Positions 29,634 through 37,198 of a DNA stretch of 64,000 nucleotides are shown one piece after another. The stretch lies in NCBI GenBank assembly GCA_001516025.1, contig LOEU01000034.1:15468-79467 (forward strand), read 5' to 3'. A model generated the notes under the pieces. It worked only from the letters and a program-made list of their open reading frames with translations, was not told the origin of the DNA and did not search any database. How positions within the stretch are numbered: the first letter of the stretch is position 1; every line of letters starts with the position of its first letter. The DNA comes from a bacterium BRH_c32. Its GTDB lineage: Bacteria; Bacteroidota; Ignavibacteria; Ignavibacteriales; Melioribacteraceae. The translations under genes and the position numbers were made by a program.

Positions 29634-30493
29634 AAACAATCAAACAGTTATTCTTATTATTAGTACTTGTTACAGTATCGGTTAATGGACAAGATAAACC
29701 GAAAGGGAATCTTTTTATCATAGGCGGAGGTAATAGAGAAGATGCAGTGATGGAAAGATTTGTCCGACTTGCAGGTGGATCGGATTCTAAAATTGTGATT
29801 ATTCCGATCGCAAGCGGATATCCGATGGAAGCGGTGGAACTTCATACCGAGCAGATGAAAAGGATCGGTTGTAAGAATATCGATTTTTTAATTTTCGATA
29901 AATCTACTGCCGATAGCCCCGAGAATCTAAAAAAACTTGAAGGAGTAACGGGAGTATTTTTTGGCGGCGGAGATCAGAATATTCTTACTAAAGCAATGCT
30001 CGGGACAAAACTTCTTGACTTGGTAAAAAATGTATATTACTCGGGAGGTGTAGTCGGCGGAACAAGTGCGGGAGCGGCAGTAATGAGTCAAATTATGATC
30101 ACCGGGGATGAATTAATAAATAAAGATTCATCACGCAGCTTTAATACGATTCAAAAAAATAACGTAAAAACTGCCGAAGGATTCGGATTCGTAAAAAACG
30201 GAATTATAGATCAACATTTTATTATCCGCAAAAGAGCAAATAGATTAATAAGTGTTCTATTGGAGAATCCACAATTGCTCGGAATCGGTATTGATGAACA
30301 GACGGTTGCGATAGTTCGTCCCGATGATAAATTAGAAGCTTATGGTGAAAGCACAATAATTATTTTTGATGCAGCGAAAGCTAAAAACATACGAACAAAT
30401 TCCGATGGACTTTTTTCGGCTTCTGATATTAAGATGCACATACTTCAAAGCGGAGATGTATTCGATTTCAAAAAAAGATCGGTGATTAAATGA
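29630..30493 (+). CDS. S51-family peptidase, cyanophycinase-like, with signal peptide
   Basis: 287 aa with signal peptide ending VNGQ. It has IIGGGN, GGGDQ, the nucleophile motif GGTSAGAAV, DQHF and GIGIDEQTA. Confidence 0.8.
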   Translation: MKTIKQLFLLLVLVTVSVNGQDKPKGNLFIIGGGNREDAVMERFVRLAGGSDSKIVIIPIASGYPMEAVELHTEQMKRIGCKNIDFLIFDKSTADSPENLKKLEGVTGVFFGGGDQNILTKAMLGTKLLDLVKNVYYSGGVVGGTSAGAAVMSQIMITGDELINKDSSRSFNTIQKNNVKTAEGFGFVKNGIIDQHFIIRKRANRLISVLLENPQLLGIGIDEQTVAIVRPDDKLEAYGESTIIIFDAAKAKNIRTNSDGLFSASDIKMHILQSGDVFDFKKRSVIK

Positions 30494-31893
30494 AGTGGAA
30501 GCTGAAAGTACCAAATACATATATCTTAATTTTTTCATTATTGGTGATCATAGCTGCACTTACATGGGTAGTTCCGGGGGGAGAATATGAGCGAGCCGAG
30601 GTAAATGGACGAGAAGTAGTAGTCCCGAATTCATTTAAGTATATACCCAGTTCGCCTCAAGGAATCGATGCATTATTCACTTCCCCAATAAAGGGGTTTG
30701 TGGAAGCAGCTACGATTATTGCTTTTATTTTAATTGTAGGCGGTGCGTTTAACGTTGTGCAGAGGACAGGAGCTATAAATGAGGGAATTTATAAACTCGT
30801 AAAAGCGCATGAAAACTCGAAAGCTCTAAAAGTACTTTTTATACCCGTTCTTATTACAATTTTTTCACTCGGCGGGGCGACATTTGGAATGAACGAAGAG
30901 ATCATTCCGTTCGTGCTTATTACCGTACCAATCTGTCTTGCTCTCGGATATGATTCGATAACGGGAGTAGCAATACCATTAGTAGGTGCTCATATCGGAT
31001 TCGCAAGCGCATTCCTTAATCCATTCAATGTGGGGATAGCACAAGGGATTGCAGGTGTGCCGCTATTTTCGGGAATTGAGTATAGATTAATCGTATGGTT
31101 CTTCGCAAATATAACCGCAGTTCTATTTATAGTTTATTATTTAAAGAGATTAAAGAAAAATCCTTCTATTAGCCCTATGTATGAATCTGATAATGAAAGA
31201 AGAAGAACTGAACATTTCGATCTTCTAAAAGGTGGAGAAGTAAATGGGGTTCTGAACCTAAGGCACAAATTAGTATTAATTACGTTTTTAGTTTCATTAA
31301 TAATTTTAGTAGTTGGTGTAATAGAATTTGCCTGGTTTATAGAAGAGATAGCGGCGATGTTTTTTGTTATGGGAATTGCAGCCGGAATAGCCGGGGGATT
31401 AAAGAGTGAAGAATTTGTAAAAGCTTTTATCGAAGGAGCGAAAGACTTAGTAGGTACGGCTTTAATAATTGCTTTGGCAAGAGCCACACTAGTGATATCG
31501 AGAGATGCACATATAATAGATACACTTTTATATTCTTTAGCACCGTTTGTAGATTCTTCATCGCCGATATTCGCTTCTCAAAAAATGTTTTTAATTCAGT
31601 CGGTAATAAACTTTTTTATACATTCGGGAAGCGGACAGGCAGCATTAACGATGCCGATCATGGCACCTCTTTCTGATATAGTCGGGGTTTCGCGTCAAAC
31701 TTCGATACTTGCTTTTCAATTGGGCGAATTAACAAATATTATAATTCCAACATCGGCCGTTACAATGGGTGCGCTTTCAATGGCGCGGGTGCCTTGGGAA
31801 AAATGGGCTAAATGGGCTTTACCATTGATGATAATTTTATTTTTGCTCGGCTTCGCTTTATTGGTGCCGCCGAATCTTATTAATTGGCAATAA
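30490..31893 (+). CDS. YfcC/DcuC-type multi-TM carrier (putative basic amino acid or dipeptide transporter)
   Basis: 467 aa with more than 10 hydrophobic spans. The N-terminus (VPNTYILIFSLLVIIAALTWVVPGGEYER) is typical of the YfcC family. ATGA overlap with the upstream gene. Confidence 0.7.
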   Translation: MKWKLKVPNTYILIFSLLVIIAALTWVVPGGEYERAEVNGREVVVPNSFKYIPSSPQGIDALFTSPIKGFVEAATIIAFILIVGGAFNVVQRTGAINEGIYKLVKAHENSKALKVLFIPVLITIFSLGGATFGMNEEIIPFVLITVPICLALGYDSITGVAIPLVGAHIGFASAFLNPFNVGIAQGIAGVPLFSGIEYRLIVWFFANITAVLFIVYYLKRLKKNPSISPMYESDNERRRTEHFDLLKGGEVNGVLNLRHKLVLITFLVSLIILVVGVIEFAWFIEEIAAMFFVMGIAAGIAGGLKSEEFVKAFIEGAKDLVGTALIIALARATLVISRDAHIIDTLLYSLAPFVDSSSPIFASQKMFLIQSVINFFIHSGSGQAALTMPIMAPLSDIVGVSRQTSILAFQLGELTNIIIPTSAVTMGALSMARVPWEKWAKWALPLMIILFLLGFALLVPPNLINWQ

Positions 31894-31914
31894 CTAAAAT
31901 AACAAGGAGGCAGG

Positions 31915-33822
31915 ATGAAAAAATTAATCAACTTTTTTTCATTTATTGTATTAACATCTCTATTTGTTGGTCAATCTCTATTTGCGCAGACATTAACAAA
32001 TGATAAAGTAATACTTGCCTTATCAAGCGCAGGAAGAGTGCGTTTAACAGATAAGGCAACGAACACAAGACAGCTCGACCGTTTCTCCGCAATGGTTTTT
32101 GGAAAACAGAATCAGGTGTTTGCTTTTAACGCAGATGCTGATAAAGTTACCGGTACTGAAGGTGCCGTTACGGTAGCAAATCCGATGTATAGCACTTTTG
32201 AAGCAAAGACGAGAACAGATAATAGTTATTCTTCGGCCCCGCCAAATGTGGAAGTTGATGTAAATAATTATCTCTGGAGCAACGGAAATTACGGAATAGT
32301 AAAATTTACTGTAATAAATAAAGAAACAACCACCGAGACATTCCGATTTGGGGGCGAGATTATACCTCAGCCCGCAGGAAATTACGGATTTGAGCTCACT
32401 AATTTTGATCCAAAGACAAAAGCATTTTATTTCCAAAGTCCTGATAAGGCTTCTAATGTTGGATTCAGATTATTAAACGATCCTTTATCAATGTTAAAGA
32501 CCATCGATTGGGTTAGCGGATATGATTCAGATGATGCTGTTCTATACGGACATTTGGGAAGCGGAATTCAATCAACTGAATTTGTAACATCCACGGCAGA
32601 TGGCTCTGTAATGTTATTTGCAGGAAGTGAATTCGTTCTTGCTGCCGGTGCTTCAAAAGAATTTTATGTAGCCGTATCTTATGGCACTTCTGAAAAAGAA
32701 ATGAAAGAAGCAATGGTTGAGGCAATGTCTAAATACAACGCCGTGTTTAATCTAAAAGTTGACGGAACGACGACATTGTTAAATGATAAAGTTGAATTTC
32801 CATTAACAAATGCAGGAAGAGTAAGAATTTATGATATTGCTTCGGGTAATAGGCATATTGATCGTTTATCTCCATTAGTAGTAGAAGGATCACAAGTATT
32901 TTCATTTAATGAAGATGCAGATTCAGTTGCAGGTTCAGGTGGAGCAAAAGAAGTGGGCTCTCCATTCTTCAGCGATTTTGAAGCATTCACAAGAACCGAT
33001 AATAGCTATTCCGAACTCCCTCCGAATGTGGAGGTGGATGTAAATACCTATCTCTGGAATACAGGAAGCTTTGGTATCGCTAAATATACGGTTATAAATA
33101 AAGAAGCATCAGTTTCCGATTTCTATTTCGGCGGCGAATTGATTGTTCAACTTGACGGTTCTTATGGATTTGAGATAAACAAATTCGATCCAAATAATAA
33201 AATATTCTTTTCAAATCTTGGACCGACTACATCAACGGTTGGATTAAAGCTTCTAAATGATGAACTCACGTTAATGAAATCTATCGATTGGTATGATGGA
33301 TATGATTCAACAGATGCTGAAATTTATCCTCACCTGCAAGGCGGAGTAGTGCCGACAGATTTTGTCTCAGGTGCAGATGGAGCGGTTCTATTCTTCTTAG
33401 GTTCTAAATTTACTTTAGAAAAAGGAGCATCAAAAGCATTCTATTTAGCAGTAGCTTATGGAACCACCGAAGTGGAAATGAAAAATGCTATGACAGAAGC
33501 TGAAGCAAAATATCGAGCAACTCTTTCTAAAGTCGAAAAAAATAATGAATTAATACCGAGCGAATATACACTATCACAAAATTATCCTAATCCTTTTAAT
33601 CCTGCTACAAAGATCAGTTTTACATTGCCTGAAAGAAGCAATGTATCCTTGAAAGTTTTTAATGTATTAGGACAATTAGTTTCTGAATTGATTAATAGCA
33701 ATTTTGAAGCAGGAAATTATACAGTAGATTTTAATGCAAGTCAATTATCGAGCGGAATGTATATTTATACATTATCGGCAGGCGATAACTTAATAACAAA
33801 GAAAATGACCTTGATAAAGTAA
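31915..33822 (+). CDS. Secreted protein of unknown family: two tandem 260-aa repeats plus a T9SS C-terminal sorting domain
   Basis: 635 aa with signal peptide ending LFAQ. Repeat 1 spans aa 26-278 and repeat 2 aa 287-537, at a constant 260-aa offset (TDNSYS at 101/361, NVEVDVN at 111/371, IDW at 197/457). The CTD is YTLSQNYPNPFNPATKISF...GMYIYTL. Confidence 0.8.
   Translation: MKKLINFFSFIVLTSLFVGQSLFAQTLTNDKVILALSSAGRVRLTDKATNTRQLDRFSAMVFGKQNQVFAFNADADKVTGTEGAVTVANPMYSTFEAKTRTDNSYSSAPPNVEVDVNNYLWSNGNYGIVKFTVINKETTTETFRFGGEIIPQPAGNYGFELTNFDPKTKAFYFQSPDKASNVGFRLLNDPLSMLKTIDWVSGYDSDDAVLYGHLGSGIQSTEFVTSTADGSVMLFAGSEFVLAAGASKEFYVAVSYGTSEKEMKEAMVEAMSKYNAVFNLKVDGTTTLLNDKVEFPLTNAGRVRIYDIASGNRHIDRLSPLVVEGSQVFSFNEDADSVAGSGGAKEVGSPFFSDFEAFTRTDNSYSELPPNVEVDVNTYLWNTGSFGIAKYTVINKEASVSDFYFGGELIVQLDGSYGFEINKFDPNNKIFFSNLGPTTSTVGLKLLNDELTLMKSIDWYDGYDSTDAEIYPHLQGGVVPTDFVSGADGAVLFFLGSKFTLEKGASKAFYLAVAYGTTEVEMKNAMTEAEAKYRATLSKVEKNNELIPSEYTLSQNYPNPFNPATKISFTLPERSNVSLKVFNVLGQLVSELINSNFEAGNYTVDFNASQLSSGMYIYTLSAGDNLITKKMTLIK
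31990..32748 (+). repeat. Intragenic repeat unit 1
   Basis: Protein-level tandem duplication. See the CDS 31915-33822. Confidence 0.8.
32773..33525 (+). repeat. Intragenic repeat unit 2
   Basis: Protein-level tandem duplication, roughly 45 percent identical to unit 1 by eye. Confidence 0.8.
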
Positions 33823-34700
33823 TGGCACGATTTAAAGAAATAAAATCAAGAATTCAGAAATATTATCCGGACTTGCCAAAGAACCATAAAAAGTTGGCTG
33901 ATTTCTTTATTAATAATTTCGATAAGATTCCTTTTTATTCAGTGCAAGATATTTCTGAGGCAACGCGTACAAGCGTTGCCTCAGTTGTCCGTTTTGCTCA
34001 AAGAATCGGATTTCTCGGATTCCTCGAAATGAGAGAGGAGATATCTAAAGAGCTCCAAAATCATATCTCTAATAAAGAGATTTTCTCTCTCTTAGATTCC
34101 ACCGCCACAGAGGATGATACTCTTACAATTATTGCTAATCAGGATATAAAAAATATCAACGAAACTCTAACACAAATCGATAGAGACTATTTTGATTCAA
34201 CTATTAAGATGATACTTAAAGCAAAAAGAGTATATACTGTTGGTCTCGGAGTATCAAATTTATTGGCTCAAATGCTTGCCTATCAATTGAATCAAGTTTC
34301 GATTGATGCTTATGCGCTTAGCCATAGTCATAGCACATTTTTAGAACAATTAATTTTTTTGAATAGCAGCGATCTCATAATCGCATTGTCATTTATGCCA
34401 TATTCGATAGAGACAATCGATGCGGCAAAATATGCAAAGAAGAAAAAGATTAAAGTAATATCAATAACAAACAGTAACGCTTCGCCGATTACATTTTCTT
34501 CAAATGCTAATCTGATTGTAAAAAGCGAAAATTTATTATTTACAAATTCATTTGCGGCGATATCGGTATTAATAAATGCAATTACGACCGAATGTGCGCT
34601 TCGCAATAAAACAAAAGCTAAAAAGATGCTATCGGAATTAAATAAGATAGCGGAAATGCAGGGTATGGTAATAGTCGATTCACACTCTGAAAATCAGTAA
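33822..34700 (+). CDS. MurR/RpiR-family transcriptional regulator (HTH + SIS domain)
   Basis: 292 aa with an N-terminal HTH_6 type region (YSVQDISEATRTSVASVVRFAQRIGF). The SIS region has VYTVGLGVSN and DLIIALSF. TAATG overlap with the upstream gene. Confidence 0.85.
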   Translation: MARFKEIKSRIQKYYPDLPKNHKKLADFFINNFDKIPFYSVQDISEATRTSVASVVRFAQRIGFLGFLEMREEISKELQNHISNKEIFSLLDSTATEDDTLTIIANQDIKNINETLTQIDRDYFDSTIKMILKAKRVYTVGLGVSNLLAQMLAYQLNQVSIDAYALSHSHSTFLEQLIFLNSSDLIIALSFMPYSIETIDAAKYAKKKKIKVISITNSNASPITFSSNANLIVKSENLLFTNSFAAISVLINAITTECALRNKTKAKKMLSELNKIAEMQGMVIVDSHSENQ

Positions 34701-34712
34701 ACAGGAGTAAAA

Positions 34713-37169
34713 GTGAAAAAAGTTTTTTTATTTTTATTGTTAATCACGGGAATCATTAATGCCGGTACGACAGGAAAAATTGCCGGCAGACTAATTGATT
34801 CTCAAACAAAAGAACCATTAATCGGGGCGAACGTTGTAATAATAGGTACCAACTATGGCGCAGCTACCGATGTTGACGGTAATTTTGTAATACTCAATAT
34901 TCCTCCGGGTAAATATACGGTTAAGATTAGTTCTATCGGTTATAAGACCGTTATCATTAATGATCTAAATATAGTTGTTGATAGAACTACTTCATTAAAT
35001 TATTCGTTGGACGCCACAAGTATCGAAGTGGGTGAGATTATAGTTACCTCACAGACGCCGATGATTCAAAAAGATATTACTAGTTCGGTATCGGTAATGA
35101 CAAGAGACGAAATCGAAGCTCTTCCGGTAGCAAGTTTTACCGATCTGCTTTCGATGCAGGCGGGAGTAGTGGGAAGCGGCTCTAATCTTCATATAAGAGG
35201 GGGAAGATCAAATGAAGTTGCTTATCTAGTCGATGGTATGTATGTACAAGATCCATTAATGGGCGGATTAGCAACACAGATTAATAATGATGCAATTCAA
35301 GAGATGAGTTTATTAAGCGGAACTTTTAATGCAGAATATGGAAATGCGCTTAGCGGTGTTGTAAATATAGTTACACGCGATGGAGCCGATAAACTTAGCG
35401 GTAAACTCGAAATGAGAACAAGTGAATTTGGAATTGACCGATACTCTAATTTAAGAGAAACTCGATTTAACGGAAATTTAGGCGGACCATTATTCACAGA
35501 GAAATTAAAATTTTTCCTTTCCGCCGAACAGGATAAAAAAGGGAGTTATCTTCCATTTGGTTACCGCAATGAAAGAACATTCTTTTCTAAATTAACTTAT
35601 TCGGGGTTCTCAGGAATTAAGGCAACATTTTCTAATCGTGGGAGTGTAGGCGATAGAAGACCATATAGTCATTCTTGGAAGTATATTCCGGAACAATTTT
35701 TAGTAATACGCAATGATAGTTATCAATCAACATTTTCAATTACTCATACAGTTCAGAATAATTTATTTTATGATTTCAGAGTATCATATTTCAATCAGGG
35801 AAGATATTCCGGTATTGATAAAGATACATCAGCATATATTCCGATTCAGCAGAGAGAATATATTGAGGATAAAGGGAATGGATTTGAATTTTATTCAAAA
35901 GCCGACCCCGCAGAATTTAGCGATAGCAGAACGGCTACTATCGATGGAAAATTCGATCTCGTTTGGCAGTTAGATAAAACAAATGAAATTAAAACAGGAC
36001 TTCAATACAAAAAACATTGGTTGAGATTATATAGTATTTATGATCCTAAAAGGACTTTTCCATATATAGATCATTATGATACGAATCCATTTGAAGCTGC
36101 GGCTTATATTCAAGACAAGATAGAACTTCCGTTTCTGATTATTAATTTGGGTCTTCGTTTCGATTATATGAATGCCAATATAACATTCAGAAGTAATCCG
36201 CTTGATCCAAAATCATTAGTTAAAGTGGAGCCGCGTCATCAATTTAGTCCGAGAATAGGAATAGCTCACCCGATTTCAGATAAGACTAAACTACATTTCG
36301 CTTATGGACATTTTTTCCAATATCCGAATTATCAATACTTCTTTGAAAACAATCAGTATGACTTAAATGTTCGCGAACCATTATTCGGTCAGCCGAATTT
36401 AGATGCCGAACGCACTATCACTTATGAAATCGGTATTTCACATCAGTTCACCGAGAAGATTGCGGGGCACTTAACGGCATATTATAAAGACGTTACAGGT
36501 AAAATCGGTACTCGTTATTATTTCCCGTTTGTTGATGGAAGATATACGGGTTATACAGAATATATCAATGAAGATTATTCCAACATAAAAGGATTTGAAG
36601 TTACATTGGATGCAAGAGCGGATAAATATTTTTCGGGTGGATTAGCTTATACATTCTCGGTGGCTAAGGGAAGCGCATCATCGGAGACAGAACAATATCC
36701 GGGCACTTCTGAATCTACTCTTCTTTATTATCTTGATTTCGATCAGACTCACGTATTCAATGCGAGTGCTTCGGTTAATATTCCCGAGAATGATGGACCT
36801 GAAATATTCGGTTCAAAGATATTCGGCAATTCCGATTTGAATATTATATTCAGAGCTTCATCGGGATATCCATACACACCATCGGGAAGAGATATCGGTT
36901 TTGTAATTCGTAATTCTCTTAGAATGCCCGCAATCTACACGATCGATTTGGAAATAGGGAAAGAGTTTGAACTCTTTAATGCTCTTACGATGCGAGCATT
37001 CGTAGAGGTTTTAAATCTAACAGATCACCGTAATGTATTGTATGTATATGGCGATACGGGTGAGCCGGACTTAACATTTGTAGGGGATAATTCACCTGAA
37101 TATATCAGGGACCCTTCTAATTTCGGTCCACCTCGCACAATACGATTAGGGTTATCGGCACGATTTTAA
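34713..37169 (+). CDS. TonB-dependent receptor with CarboxypepD_reg domain, no SusD-like partner
   Basis: 818 aa, GTG start after AGGAG. It has a CarboxypepD_reg N-terminus (GKIAGRLIDSQTKEPLIGANVVI...YTVKISSIGY), a plug (LPVASFTDLLSMQAGVV...HIRGGRSNEVAYLVDG) and a terminal strand ending LGLSARF. Confidence 0.9.
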   Translation: MKKVFLFLLLITGIINAGTTGKIAGRLIDSQTKEPLIGANVVIIGTNYGAATDVDGNFVILNIPPGKYTVKISSIGYKTVIINDLNIVVDRTTSLNYSLDATSIEVGEIIVTSQTPMIQKDITSSVSVMTRDEIEALPVASFTDLLSMQAGVVGSGSNLHIRGGRSNEVAYLVDGMYVQDPLMGGLATQINNDAIQEMSLLSGTFNAEYGNALSGVVNIVTRDGADKLSGKLEMRTSEFGIDRYSNLRETRFNGNLGGPLFTEKLKFFLSAEQDKKGSYLPFGYRNERTFFSKLTYSGFSGIKATFSNRGSVGDRRPYSHSWKYIPEQFLVIRNDSYQSTFSITHTVQNNLFYDFRVSYFNQGRYSGIDKDTSAYIPIQQREYIEDKGNGFEFYSKADPAEFSDSRTATIDGKFDLVWQLDKTNEIKTGLQYKKHWLRLYSIYDPKRTFPYIDHYDTNPFEAAAYIQDKIELPFLIINLGLRFDYMNANITFRSNPLDPKSLVKVEPRHQFSPRIGIAHPISDKTKLHFAYGHFFQYPNYQYFFENNQYDLNVREPLFGQPNLDAERTITYEIGISHQFTEKIAGHLTAYYKDVTGKIGTRYYFPFVDGRYTGYTEYINEDYSNIKGFEVTLDARADKYFSGGLAYTFSVAKGSASSETEQYPGTSESTLLYYLDFDQTHVFNASASVNIPENDGPEIFGSKIFGNSDLNIIFRASSGYPYTPSGRDIGFVIRNSLRMPAIYTIDLEIGKEFELFNALTMRAFVEVLNLTDHRNVLYVYGDTGEPDLTFVGDNSPEYIRDPSNFGPPRTIRLGLSARF

Positions 37170-37198
37170 ATTAACTAATTAAGGAAATTTTTTAAGAG

